Origin: Candidatus Omnitrophota bacterium
GTDB lineage: Bacteria > Omnitrophota > Gorgyraeia > Zapsychrales > Fredricksoniimonadaceae
Reading direction: 5' to 3'
Assembly (NCBI GenBank): GCA_015233675.1
Contig: JADFXH010000001.1
Coordinates: forward strand, 12,563-76,562
Length of the DNA stretch: 64,000 bases
Positions 8,544 through 18,432 of this stretch are shown here, piece by piece. The first letter of the stretch is position 1. The number at the start of each line of letters is the position of its first letter. The translations under genes and the position numbers were made by a program. The notes under the pieces are model-generated. The model saw only the letters and a program-made list of their open reading frames with translations, was not told the DNA's origin and searched no databases.

Positions 8544-11540
8544 TTAGCCGGCAGGAACCCCCAACAGCTCAGGCAAATTATTCAAGGGTTTTATCTCGAT
8601 ATCCTTAATATAAAGCCCATGGATTTCAAGGTTCTCCAGCGCCTTCATGTCCATTGGCGCGGCAACAGCGGACTTATCAGAATCCATATCTAAATTCATA
8701 CGATTAGCAGTTAAGTCTATACCACCATTAATCATTGCAGTGCCTTTCACAACTTTCGCTTTTGACTCAGGATGCCCAATTTTAGCTGTGCCTTGAGAAG
8801 TGTCGGCCTCTGCGGTTAATTGCCCCAGATAGCCGGCAACTTTCTTCATAGATGGGCGTCCTTTAGCTTTATGCATTGTCATCTCTTCTCGCAATTTACT
8901 CAAAGATGCTACTACGTCTATGTTCTTAGAGACTTGTGTATCAGAAAGTTCCAGCAAAATGCTGGAATAAATGGTGCGTCCAAGGCTATAAACATCTGAC
9001 TCGTCTATCTTAAAATCCTCTGGCGCTTTAAAATCGCCTGTTCCGGCTATCTGTCTATTCCCTAATATCGAAGCAATTCCCCAGTCAATCAACATCACTT
9101 CCCCTTTAGCATTAACAATAATATTCGAAGGTTTCACATCGTTATGGCTGATCCCCAAATCATGGATATCCCTTAATATCTCAGCTACTCTGGTCAAGAT
9201 TTCAAGACGTTTTAAAAGAGAAATACTGTTCCAAACTTTCGAGAGTGGCACAGCGTTCAAACGCCTGACCCTGATGCTTGAAGCATTTTCAATTCCTTCC
9301 AAATGTAACCAAATCTGATCGTTAGGCATTTTACCCCAAGCAAGAACCCTAGGGACCCCTGAAATATTTTTAAGTTCCAAATATTTTAAATAAGTCAGTT
9401 CATTGATTCCCTCTTCTTTTTTATGAAATATTTTATAGAATTTTGCGGGATCTCCCTGGTCAACATAAACCGCACCCTCCGACTCTTCCCCCAGTATATC
9501 ACCAAGACGCATATCAAAAAGCTGTATGGGACGCTTTGAGTCAAGTTCAATAATAAAATTTCTTTCAAGCTGATCTATCTGCCGGGTGACATTGCCGGCA
9601 GAAGTCATAGCATTATCTTCACGCTCGAGCTTTCCGTTTTTCCCTTCGGTGTATTTTATAGTTTCTCCAAAACCATCAGTAGCTTCTACATTCCATGGCG
9701 CGTTTCCATGTTTTTCAATATAAATAAAAGCGCTTTGCTGACCCGCTAAGGGCATATTATGTTTATAAGTTTTAATTTTCTCGTTATGGAATATTGCGTT
9801 AACTTCATCAAGCGGTTTCCCCGATCCGACATAATAAAGGTTAACAATCTCATTTTCTTTTAAGCCTGAAATTTTTATAAATTTATAAGTTTCCCTGTCA
9901 AGATCAGCAAGATTCTTTCTGGAATCCTTATAAAGATGGCCGACGGTCATTTTGCCTTTTTTATCGATTCTCACCACCGCCACGCATTGTCCGGCCTGAA
10001 TAGTAGATGTAACAAATTCCCCATTTGCAACCGGAGATCTTACTTTACCTTCATAAATTTCTTGGGCTTGACTCTTTTCGCCGGTTAACAAATCAGTTAA
10101 CGTCGTAGGTGTACTATGATGGTTAGGATGTTTTTCATGCACATATTGAACGCCTAACCACAACATTGTTGCCAGCGTAGTTAACAGCAAAACAGTTTTA
10201 GTTACCCTATCAGGATGTCCGTTATTAGCCCCACGAGCAGTCATAGCGACATCTGCTAATTCAACTTTAACCATGGACACTTGAGCTGAGTCAGGAATTT
10301 GGTTTTCCTCCTCAGGAGTCAAAATATTTCCTATTTCTGTCGTATTCATAGCAGCGCTCATCTCGGCCCCACCCGAAAAATATTTTCTTGGGATCATTTT
10401 CTGCGTCACAGGATCGGATTCTTCTTTAATATAGTTGTAAACGCCTTTTTTGAAGGCTTTTAGGTAGCGTTGGTAAATGAACTCAATATCATTTGGCGTT
10501 AGGTTTTTCCCCTGGGGTGCTTTCACATTCAAAGCTATCTCGCTTGGCAACCTGCTTGGCATTAGGCCTTGGATTGAATGGTCGTAATGAATACCCTCTA
10601 CTTTATTTTGATCAATATATTTACGCCCGATAATACTATCCTTCATGCGTTTTTTAAACCATACGGCCAGTATGAGCGAATAATAAACTTGACGCAGGGT
10701 GGCGAAGTTCTTGCCTTCGTTGACTTCCTTTTCTAATTCTGGAATGACAACTTCGCGGATGATTTGGGAAGCGAGGGTATGCATACCGTTATTCCCCTGA
10801 GGAGCTTTCACATTCAACCCTGGGTCACTTGGCAACGTGCTTGGGGACACGTCCCCTTCGGGGACATGTCCCCAGGTTGGCCTTTGGTTTTTTGACAATG
10901 CTAAATAATCCTGCTCAAGCATGACCTTCAATCTTGCCTTAACCACCAACGCCGTGTTGCCGTGTTCATAAACTTTGGCATGTTCCGGCACTATCCACAC
11001 TTTATTAAACGTATTTACCGGGATATCGGTTGTACCGAACTTCTTTTGCGCTTGCTCATATATTCGTTTCCAGAATTGCCTGCCAATTTCCCCTTCCGGA
11101 TAGATCAAACTGGCCGTAATTTGCTTAAGCATATAGTCTTCCGCTAACAAGTCACGGCCCATATCAGTCTGGCCGAAACTTTGCGGAATAATGCGGCTTT
11201 TCTCATAGGGCGATAAATTGACCCATAAATCTTGTTCAGGGGTTGTTAAAGAGGCAAGGAAATATTTGATTAGACGGGTTGCTTTCACATTCAACGGTTC
11301 ATTGGTTGGCAACCGGCTTGGCGTATCCCCTCTGTCTAAAATAAAATCAAATTTGAAAGGATTATCAGGGTGGATTTTTATTCCTTTTAGTATCGGAGGG
11401 TTAAATTCAGGGCTTACATGGACCATCACTCCGGATGAGGGCAAATGAAATTCATCTGCTTGAGCCAATGGAATTGTCCCAAAGGTGTTGACTAAAAATG
11501 CTATAAGAATAAATATATGGACTAATGGGGCTCGCTTCAT
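8544..11540 (-). CDS. Large membrane protein: signal peptide + ~390-aa uncharacterised N-module + TM helix + unknown domain + Hanks-type Ser/Thr kinase domain + GGIDL C-terminal module
   Basis: 998 aa. Kinase catalytic loop HNDVKPSNIIV (DNA about 9125-9160), DWG and APE-like motifs. TM helix VLLLTTLATMLWLGVQYV. The N-module is paralogous to that of 27124..31044. Confidence 0.8.
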   Translation of the reverse strand: MKRAPLVHIFILIAFLVNTFGTIPLAQADEFHLPSSGVMVHVSPEFNPPILKGIKIHPDNPFKFDFILDRGDTPSRLPTNEPLNVKATRLIKYFLASLTTPEQDLWVNLSPYEKSRIIPQSFGQTDMGRDLLAEDYMLKQITASLIYPEGEIGRQFWKRIYEQAQKKFGTTDIPVNTFNKVWIVPEHAKVYEHGNTALVVKARLKVMLEQDYLALSKNQRPTWGHVPEGDVSPSTLPSDPGLNVKAPQGNNGMHTLASQIIREVVIPELEKEVNEGKNFATLRQVYYSLILAVWFKKRMKDSIIGRKYIDQNKVEGIHYDHSIQGLMPSRLPSEIALNVKAPQGKNLTPNDIEFIYQRYLKAFKKGVYNYIKEESDPVTQKMIPRKYFSGGAEMSAAMNTTEIGNILTPEEENQIPDSAQVSMVKVELADVAMTARGANNGHPDRVTKTVLLLTTLATMLWLGVQYVHEKHPNHHSTPTTLTDLLTGEKSQAQEIYEGKVRSPVANGEFVTSTIQAGQCVAVVRIDKKGKMTVGHLYKDSRKNLADLDRETYKFIKISGLKENEIVNLYYVGSGKPLDEVNAIFHNEKIKTYKHNMPLAGQQSAFIYIEKHGNAPWNVEATDGFGETIKYTEGKNGKLEREDNAMTSAGNVTRQIDQLERNFIIELDSKRPIQLFDMRLGDILGEESEGAVYVDQGDPAKFYKIFHKKEEGINELTYLKYLELKNISGVPRVLAWGKMPNDQIWLHLEGIENASSIRVRRLNAVPLSKVWNSISLLKRLEILTRVAEILRDIHDLGISHNDVKPSNIIVNAKGEVMLIDWGIASILGNRQIAGTGDFKAPEDFKIDESDVYSLGRTIYSSILLELSDTQVSKNIDVVASLSKLREEMTMHKAKGRPSMKKVAGYLGQLTAEADTSQGTAKIGHPESKAKVVKGTAMINGGIDLTANRMNLDMDSDKSAVAAPMDMKALENLEIHGLYIKDIEIKPLNNLPELLGVPAG

Positions 11541-11677
11541 AATATAAGTATAAAATATTAATTAAAGAAATGCCATCCTAGGGAGAGGGAAATTTGAGAC
11601 ACATCACCTACAATCCCTCCCACAAGGGGGAAGAATTTAGGGAGAAATTAAGCGGGATCTAAACTGTAAAAATAAAA

Positions 11678-13036
11678 TCAATAGCGGTAATGGTCTGGTT
11701 TGAACGGACCTTTAGGACTGACTCCTAAATATTTTGCCTGTTGCGCGGTCAAAACATCTAACTTGGCACCTACTTTAGCCAAATGCAAACTGGCCACTTT
11801 TTCATCCAGGTATTTGGGCAAAGTATAGACTTTATTCTCATACTTATGCCCGTTTTGCCATAGTTCGATCTGGGCCAAAACCTGATTAGTAAAAGAATTA
11901 CTCATCACAAAAGACGGATGCCCCATGGCGCAACCTAAATTAACCAGCCTGCCCTCGGCCAGAATAATGATCTTCTTACCGTTGGAATAAACATACTCAT
12001 CTACCTGAGGTTTAATTTGCTCTTTTTTGATGTCTTTACGTTTATTCAAATAGGCTATATCTATCTCGGAATCAAAATGTCCGATATTGCAGACGATGGC
12101 GCCGCTTTTCATTTCATCTAAATGTTTGCCTGTTATAACATTGACGCAGCCGGTGGCAGTGACAAAAATATCACCTATTTTAGCGGCATCTTTCATGGGC
12201 ATGACTTGATAACCTTCCATGGCTGCCTGCAAAGCGCAGATAGGGTCAATTTCCGTGACAATGATCCGCCCTCCCAGTCCTTTGAAAGACTGGACACAAC
12301 CCTTGCCCACATCCCCGTAACCGGCAACCACACATACTTTACCGGCAATCATGCGGTCTGTTGCCCGCTTGATACCATCAATCAATGATTCACGGCAGCC
12401 GTATAAATTATCGAATTTGGACTTTGTAACTGAATCATTTACATTAATGGCCGGAACTTTCAAGGTCCCCTTGTTCATCATTTCATATAAACGATGGACT
12501 CCGGTCGTAGTTTCTTCCGAAAGACCATGAATATCTTTTAAATATTGCGGATATTTCTCATGAATCATGATGGTCAAATCCCCGCCATCGTCCAAAATCA
12601 TGTTCGGCCCTTGACCATCAGGCCAATGGATGGTTTGCTCTACACACCAGTCATATTCCCCAAGGCTTTCACCTTTCCAGGCAAATACAGGAATCCCCAC
12701 CGCCGCAATAGCCGCAGCGGCATGGTCCTGCGTTGAAAAAATATTGCAGGAAGACCAGCGTACCTGCGCGCCTAACTTGACTAATGTTTCGATCAAAACC
12801 GCGGTTTCAATGGTCATATGAATACATCCGGCTATACGCGCCCCCTTCAGTGGCTGTTTGCCTTCATATTCACGACGGATGGCCATTAGCCCCGGCATCT
12901 CGGTTTGAGCGATCTCAATTTCTTTACGTCCCCAAGAAGCTAAGGACATATCCTTGACTTTATAATCGGAAACGGGTACTTTGCCTGGGGATTTAGTCAC
13001 AATTTTTGTCATAATTTTTCTCACTATTACAGTCAT
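11678..13036 (-). CDS. ahcY: Adenosylhomocysteinase
   Basis: 452 aa with [28 protein letters not shown] and GYGDVGKG (NAD site). Start could be 13036 or 13012. Confidence 0.92.
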   Translation of the reverse strand: MTVIVRKIMTKIVTKSPGKVPVSDYKVKDMSLASWGRKEIEIAQTEMPGLMAIRREYEGKQPLKGARIAGCIHMTIETAVLIETLVKLGAQVRWSSCNIFSTQDHAAAAIAAVGIPVFAWKGESLGEYDWCVEQTIHWPDGQGPNMILDDGGDLTIMIHEKYPQYLKDIHGLSEETTTGVHRLYEMMNKGTLKVPAINVNDSVTKSKFDNLYGCRESLIDGIKRATDRMIAGKVCVVAGYGDVGKGCVQSFKGLGGRIIVTEIDPICALQAAMEGYQVMPMKDAAKIGDIFVTATGCVNVITGKHLDEMKSGAIVCNIGHFDSEIDIAYLNKRKDIKKEQIKPQVDEYVYSNGKKIIILAEGRLVNLGCAMGHPSFVMSNSFTNQVLAQIELWQNGHKYENKVYTLPKYLDEKVASLHLAKVGAKLDVLTAQQAKYLGVSPKGPFKPDHYRY

Positions 13037-13080
13037 TTTGCGGCAACAGCCGAAGAGCTTCTATAGAATTAATTTTATTA

Positions 13081-13106
13081 AGATCCTTCGCTACGCTCAG
13101 GATGAC
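13081..13106. repeat. REP-like unit GTCATCCTGAGCGTAGCGAAGGATCT (reverse orientation)
   Basis: Related inverted pair at 31348-31420. Lies between the metK stop and the ahcY start. Confidence 0.6.
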
Positions 13107-13122
13107 AATAGTAATTTTATAT

Positions 13123-14283
13123 TTACGCGTCCTTCTTTAAGGCTGCGGCCTTGTCGGTTTTTTCCCAGGGAAATCCGGGACGGCCAAAATGCCCGTAAGA
13201 AGCAGTCTTTAGATAAATCGGGCGGCGTAAATCCAAAGTGCTGATAATCCCCCGCGGGGATAAATCAAAATGTTTCCGAACCAGACTCACTAAATGCTGT
13301 TCCGAAATACTGCCTGTCCCAAAAGTATCCACCATCACTGACACCGGCTGGGGAAACCCTATGGCATAGCCAACTTGCAGCATACATTTCTTGGCAAGGC
13401 CTGCAGCAACAATATTCTTACAAATATAACGCGACATGTAAGCCGCTGAACGATCCACCTTGGTGGGATCTTTGCCGGAGAAAGCTCCACCCCCATGAGG
13501 AACGACACCGCCATAAGTATCCACAATGATTTTGCGGCCGGTAACCCCTGTATCCGACTGAGGACCTCCGACAACAAACTTACCGGTTTCATTGACATAA
13601 AATTTCGTATTCTTGTCGATCATCTTGCCGACAACCGGATGGGCCACGGTTTTAATGATCTCCTGCTTGGCTCGTTCGGTAATACGCTTTCCCGTCTTAT
13701 CCAAAATCTCTTCGGTATGCTGACATGCCAAAACAACGGCGTCAATACGTAAGGGCTTATCATCCTCGTATTCAATAGTTACCTGGGATTTGCAATCCGG
13801 CCCCAAATATTTCAAAATGCCATTTTTACGCACTTCTTCGACACGTTCAACCAAATGATGGGCCAGCATGATCGCCAAAGGCATTAGCTGGGGCGTTTCA
13901 TTACAAGCATATCCAAACATAATGCCTTGATCACCCGCTCCTCCGGCATCAACCCCTTGAGAAATGTCAGGTGATTGTTTATTGATAGCATTCAAAATGG
14001 AGCAAGTGTTGGCATCAAAACCATATTTTGGATGATTATAACCAATATCCAAAAGCACCTGACGCACCAATTTGTGAACATCCACATAAGTAGTCGTGGT
14101 AATTTCACCACCGACGATAACCAAACCTGTAGAGCAGAATGTCTCGCAAGCTACACGGCCTTTAGGATCATCTTTAAAAACAGCGTCCAAAACTGCGTCT
14201 GATATTTGATCACACACTTTATCCGGATGGCCATTGCCCACGGATTCTGAGGTAAAAAGATAACGTCCTTTCACTAAAACCAC
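13123..14283 (-). CDS. metK: S-adenosylmethionine synthetase
   Basis: 386 aa with [13 protein letters not shown] and GGGAFSGKD. Start is GTG at 14283 or GTG at 14274. Confidence 0.92.
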   Translation of the reverse strand: MVLVKGRYLFTSESVGNGHPDKVCDQISDAVLDAVFKDDPKGRVACETFCSTGLVIVGGEITTTTYVDVHKLVRQVLLDIGYNHPKYGFDANTCSILNAINKQSPDISQGVDAGGAGDQGIMFGYACNETPQLMPLAIMLAHHLVERVEEVRKNGILKYLGPDCKSQVTIEYEDDKPLRIDAVVLACQHTEEILDKTGKRITERAKQEIIKTVAHPVVGKMIDKNTKFYVNETGKFVVGGPQSDTGVTGRKIIVDTYGGVVPHGGGAFSGKDPTKVDRSAAYMSRYICKNIVAAGLAKKCMLQVGYAIGFPQPVSVMVDTFGTGSISEQHLVSLVRKHFDLSPRGIISTLDLRRPIYLKTASYGHFGRPGFPWEKTDKAAALKKDA

Positions 14284-14306
14284 CTTTCTTTGATTAATCT
14301 AAAGCT

Positions 14307-14350
14307 AAAACTCCCCTAACCCCTCTTTACAAAAGAAGGGGGGAATAAAA
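14307..14350 (-). repeat. Intercistronic CCCCTC stem-loop, copy 1
   Basis: aaaactcccctaacccctctttacaaaagaaggggggaataaaa; one of five alignable copies. Confidence 0.7.
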
Positions 14351-14358
14351 TTTCAATG

Positions 14359-15093
14359 TCATTTATTAAAATGAGCTCTAGCTTCCTCGAGGGATTCAAT
14401 ACTTCCGATATCATACCATTTTCCGGAAAATTGAAAACCATAAACAGTTTTCTTATTCGAAAGCCATTGGATATAACTGCCCGCCGCATCTACCGCTTTA
14501 GATTGGCTTAAATATTCTTCCAAGAAACCAATCGTCTGTTTTGGAAAATAATACACACACATGGCGATTATGCTAGACACAGGATTCTTCGGTTTTTCCT
14601 CAAAGCTTGTAACTTTTTGAGCATTGTCCAATCCTAACACTCCAAATTTAGTCGCAGCACTTATATCCTTAATGTCAAAAACACCAATGGTCACAGCAGG
14701 CGTTTTACTTATCGCAAAATCCATATAAACAGACATATTTTGATCAAAAAGATTGTCCCCTCCAATGACAAGCCAATCCTGAGCAGAGGCTTCCTTTTTC
14801 CAAACAAAACGGATATCCCCGACGGAACCTAAACGTTCTTCCGGCGTATTAGTGCCGTCATTAACAACGCGGACTGGCAAGCCGTGACGGCTCGCCGCCC
14901 ATTGCTGAAATTGAGGTGTGAACTTATTATTACTGACCACAACGATCTCGCTTAAAGGTTTAATATCCTGAAGCTTATCAACCACATAATCGATCAAAGG
15001 CCTTTCACCCACCGGAATTAAAGGCTTAGGGGTATCTTTGATGACAGAGGCTAAACGTGTCCCATAACCTGCCGCTAAAATTAAAGCTTTCAT
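14359..15093 (-). CDS. Sugar-phosphate nucleotidyltransferase (NTP_transferase family)
   Basis: 244 aa. N-terminal MKALILAAGYGTRL signature of glucose-1-P thymidylyl/uridylyltransferase-like enzymes. Confidence 0.75.
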   Translation of the reverse strand: MKALILAAGYGTRLASVIKDTPKPLIPVGERPLIDYVVDKLQDIKPLSEIVVVSNNKFTPQFQQWAASRHGLPVRVVNDGTNTPEERLGSVGDIRFVWKKEASAQDWLVIGGDNLFDQNMSVYMDFAISKTPAVTIGVFDIKDISAATKFGVLGLDNAQKVTSFEEKPKNPVSSIIAMCVYYFPKQTIGFLEEYLSQSKAVDAAGSYIQWLSNKKTVYGFQFSGKWYDIGSIESLEEARAHFNK

Positions 15094-15140
15094 AAACTCC
15101 CCCTTACCCCTCCTTATAAAAAAGAGGGGGAATAAAAAAT
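15094..15140 (-). repeat. Intercistronic CCCCTC stem-loop + SD, copy 2
   Basis: Minus strand reads ccccctcttttttataaggaggggtaaGGGGGAGtttATG. Confidence 0.7.
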
Positions 15141-15147
15141 TTACCCC

Positions 15148-16890
15148 TCAACCAGGCAAAAATTCACGCAATTGAGCATTAACAAACTCTTCCACTTCCT
15201 GGCCAGTGGCCAACTGCATGGCCTCATAAGCAACACGTTGCGCATCCTGCAACTTTACAGAACGGATCATTCTTTTAACGGCCAATATACTCGCGGCGGA
15301 CATGCTGAGTTCATCTATACCCATACCCAGTAACAAAAAAGCAAATAGAGGATCCGATGCCATTTCACCGCAAAGGGCAACGTGTATGCCTTCATTATGA
15401 CCGGCATCGATCGTTTTTTGTATCATTTTCAATACCGCCGGATGTGCCGGTTCATATAAATGCGCCGTTTTTTCATTGACGCGATCAACGGCAAGCGTGT
15501 ATTGGATCAAGTCATTAGTGCCGATGGAAAAGAAATCAGTCTCCCTGGCCAGAGGCTCAGCCATCATCACCGCCGACGGGACTTCAACCATAATACCAAC
15601 CTTCATGTGTTCATCAAAAGAAATTTTTTCATCCCGCATGGCCGTTTTGACCTGATTTAAAATAGCATTGGCCTGACGCAATTCCCCAAGACCGGAGATC
15701 ATAGGATACATCATCTGTACCTTGCCGTGAACAGAAGCGCGTAAAATGGCCCTCAACTGGGTCTTGAAAATATCCGGACGCTCAAGACAAAAACGGATGG
15801 CACGGTATCCTAAAAATGGAGACATGTCCCGAGGAATCTGTACGCTTGAAATAAACTTATCTCCTCCTATATCAAGAGTCCTTATAGTCACAGAAAATGG
15901 CGCTATGGCAGAAGCCGCCTTGGCGTAGGCCTGATACTGTTCTTCTTCACTGGGCAAGTCCAGGCGATTCATATATAAAAATTCCGTACGGAAAAGGCCT
16001 ATTCCCCCGGCTCCGTATTTTAATACAGCTGAAATTTCCGAAGACAATTCCAAATTCGCCAAAATAGAGATATTCTTGCCATCTATTGTCTGTGCCGGCA
16101 AACTCTTTAAATCTTCGAGCTTTTCCAAAGACGCTGTGATTTTACTCTGTTCCTTAACATACAGTTCTTTGGTTGCCAAAGAGGGATTAATGATCACCAG
16201 TCCTTTTTTACCGTCGATAATCACAGAGTCCTGATTGTTGATCCTGAGTGTCGCGTCTTTTAACCCAACCACAGCAGGAACTCCAAGTGACTTGGCAATA
16301 ATAGCCGTATGCGAAGTCCTGCCGCCAATATCAGTCAAAAAGCCTTTGATTTTCTTATTGAACATACTCACCGCATCCGAAGGAGACAGGTCATGCGCTA
16401 CGATGATTAAATCATCCTGCAAATTATCAAGGTCATGGAGCTTGCTTTCGTCCATCAAATGTTTTAAAACCCTCTTGCTGATGTCCCCCACATCCGAGGC
16501 ACGCTCACGTAAATATTCATCAGGCATTTTGGCAAAAGCTTCAACAAATTTCCTGATGACTGTAAAAAAAACATATTCGGAAGAAGATTTAGTCTCACGG
16601 ATACCACAGGTGACCGCATTAATCAAGGTTGCATCCTGCAAAACCAGCAAATGAGCATCAAATATCTTTGCGTGTCCCTCTCCCATGTCTTGCGTAATTT
16701 TAGTCTTCAGACCCTGGATTTCCCTGCGGGCGTTATTGACGGCTTCTTCAAAACGGGCAATTTCGGAATCTATTTCAGACGAAGAAATAGAACGATTGGG
16801 CACAATAAACTCGCCTTTATCCAAGATAAATGACGGGCCGTAGGCAATGCCTGGCGCCGCGGGAATCCCTTTTAAGACGATTTCACTCAT
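15148..16890 (-). CDS. ptsI: Phosphoenolpyruvate-protein phosphotransferase (PTS enzyme I)
   Basis: 580 aa with GGRTSHTAIIAKSLGVPAVVG (active-site His) and a C-terminal PEP-utilising domain. Confidence 0.92.
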   Translation of the reverse strand: MSEIVLKGIPAAPGIAYGPSFILDKGEFIVPNRSISSSEIDSEIARFEEAVNNARREIQGLKTKITQDMGEGHAKIFDAHLLVLQDATLINAVTCGIRETKSSSEYVFFTVIRKFVEAFAKMPDEYLRERASDVGDISKRVLKHLMDESKLHDLDNLQDDLIIVAHDLSPSDAVSMFNKKIKGFLTDIGGRTSHTAIIAKSLGVPAVVGLKDATLRINNQDSVIIDGKKGLVIINPSLATKELYVKEQSKITASLEKLEDLKSLPAQTIDGKNISILANLELSSEISAVLKYGAGGIGLFRTEFLYMNRLDLPSEEEQYQAYAKAASAIAPFSVTIRTLDIGGDKFISSVQIPRDMSPFLGYRAIRFCLERPDIFKTQLRAILRASVHGKVQMMYPMISGLGELRQANAILNQVKTAMRDEKISFDEHMKVGIMVEVPSAVMMAEPLARETDFFSIGTNDLIQYTLAVDRVNEKTAHLYEPAHPAVLKMIQKTIDAGHNEGIHVALCGEMASDPLFAFLLLGMGIDELSMSAASILAVKRMIRSVKLQDAQRVAYEAMQLATGQEVEEFVNAQLREFLPG

Positions 16891-17177
16891 GAAACTATTT
16901 CTTCCTCTTGTTTGCTAAAAAATTTTTCAAACTCCGCCATAGCCGCAGGAGCATCACTGCCTTCGACGGTAATTTTTAAAACAGTCCCCTGCGCCGCTCC
17001 CAACATCAAAATTCCCATAATAGATTTCCCGCTAACTTTATCTTCACCCTGGGACAAGGTCACCGTCACATTAAATTTCTCAACTAAACCGACAAAAATA
17101 GCAGCCGGACGGGCATGTAAACCCTTTTTATTAATCACTGTAATTTCTTTTTCAATTTTATCCATAATACAAAACAA
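16887..17177 (-). CDS. ptsH: Phosphocarrier protein HPr
   Basis: GLHARPAA active-site His motif. Start is TTG at 17177 (AAGAGG upstream) or ATG at 17165. Confidence 0.85.
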   Translation of the reverse strand: MFCIMDKIEKEITVINKKGLHARPAAIFVGLVEKFNVTVTLSQGEDKVSGKSIMGILMLGAAQGTVLKITVEGSDAPAAMAEFEKFFSKQEEEIVS

Positions 17178-17179
17178 AA

Positions 17180-18424
17180 CTACCTCTTTATAACCCGTTG
17201 TGTCTCTATTAATTTTATCAAAGCTTGAGTTAATTTCTTTGAATCATGACGGACGTAATCAGCTACGCTCAAAAGATCCGTGGAAATCACCTTGACCCCC
17301 ATAGCTTTAATACGATCAACATCAGCAGCAACGGGGTAAGCATTTTCATTACGGTATCGATTTAAGGCTTCTTCGTTACTCACAACGGCATCGTTGATCA
17401 GGCAGGCATCAACCAGCCGCGGCTCTGTATGTTCCAGCAACACACGCAAATGATCAGAGGCAGAAAAGCCGCCTGTTTCTCCCAGCTGGGTCATCACATT
17501 ACAAACATAAATTTTATACGCCGAAGATGCCGCAATCGCTTCAGCCACACCTTTAATAATTAAATTAGGCAAAATACTAGTATACAAACTGCCAGGCCCC
17601 ATGACTATAATATCCGCCTGGGCAATGGCCGTTAAAGCATCTTCCGTCGGCTTGGCATCCACAGGAGTTAATGACAATCGTTTAATAGGGACATTGGTCT
17701 GGGGGATTTTTGCTTCCCCCTTTGTCTTCGTTCCATCAATATACTCAGCGACCAAATGCACATTATGCACCGTAGAGGGGATCACTTTCCCCCTGATCGC
17801 TAAAACCTTACTGGACTCTTCAACCGCTTTTTTAAAATCACCCTTAGTGATCTGTACCATGGCGGTTAAAAACAAATTCCCGAAATTATGCCCTTTAAGG
17901 CCATCCCCTTCTGCAAATCGATACTGAAAAAGCTCCCCCATCAATGCCGGAGCATCAGCCAGAGCGACCAAACAGTTGCGGATATCGCCCGGTGCCACAA
18001 TATTAAATTCCTGGCGCAAACGCCCGGAGGACCCGCCGCTATCAGCTACCGTGACAATAGCTGTCAAATTAGCCGTATATTCCTTCAGACCCAGCAATAA
18101 ATGAGATAAACCATGTCCTCCGCCGATAGCCACTATTTTAGGGCCGCGCTCCAAGAACCTCCGCTGATACAGAATATCAACAATATCTCTCTCACGCTTA
18201 GGCAAAAAAAGAGTGATCAAAGAAATGATCATCTTGCCCATCCCCAGGACAATAAACAAAATACCGCAAAGGATGATAATGATCCCAAAAACGCTGACAA
18301 AAGGATAAGGGTAAACCGCGAAAACAGCGCCTACACCAACAATCAAGACGCCAAACAGGGAAGCAAACATCCACCGTTTGACTTTAATGCCGGGATAAAG
18401 CCATTTAAAGAAATTTTGGGACAT
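17180..18424 (-). CDS. YvcK/CofD-like (UPF0052, gluconeogenesis factor family) protein with an N-terminal membrane anchor
   Basis: 414 aa with IVAIGGGHGLSHLL and DSGGSSGRLR. The first ~75 aa form two hydrophobic helices. Confidence 0.8.
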   Translation of the reverse strand: MSQNFFKWLYPGIKVKRWMFASLFGVLIVGVGAVFAVYPYPFVSVFGIIIILCGILFIVLGMGKMIISLITLFLPKRERDIVDILYQRRFLERGPKIVAIGGGHGLSHLLLGLKEYTANLTAIVTVADSGGSSGRLRQEFNIVAPGDIRNCLVALADAPALMGELFQYRFAEGDGLKGHNFGNLFLTAMVQITKGDFKKAVEESSKVLAIRGKVIPSTVHNVHLVAEYIDGTKTKGEAKIPQTNVPIKRLSLTPVDAKPTEDALTAIAQADIIVMGPGSLYTSILPNLIIKGVAEAIAASSAYKIYVCNVMTQLGETGGFSASDHLRVLLEHTEPRLVDACLINDAVVSNEEALNRYRNENAYPVAADVDRIKAMGVKVISTDLLSVADYVRHDSKKLTQALIKLIETQRVIKR

Positions 18425-18432
18425 GACAACAT

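Noticed and set aside
10509-11321. Diversity-generating retroelement (template/variable repeat pair) as the explanation for the intragenic repeats in the large paralogs.
   Set aside because: There is no reverse transcriptase in the window. The repeats are only ~50 bp, and differences between copies are not restricted to adenine positions.
13037-14358. SAH riboswitch upstream of ahcY or SAM riboswitch upstream of metK; also a TPP riboswitch upstream of thiM (27117-27123).
   Set aside because: The spacers are 86, 75 and 7 nt and are occupied by REP or stem-loop repeats. I could not find the conserved riboswitch cores by eye. A cmscan run would be the decisive test.
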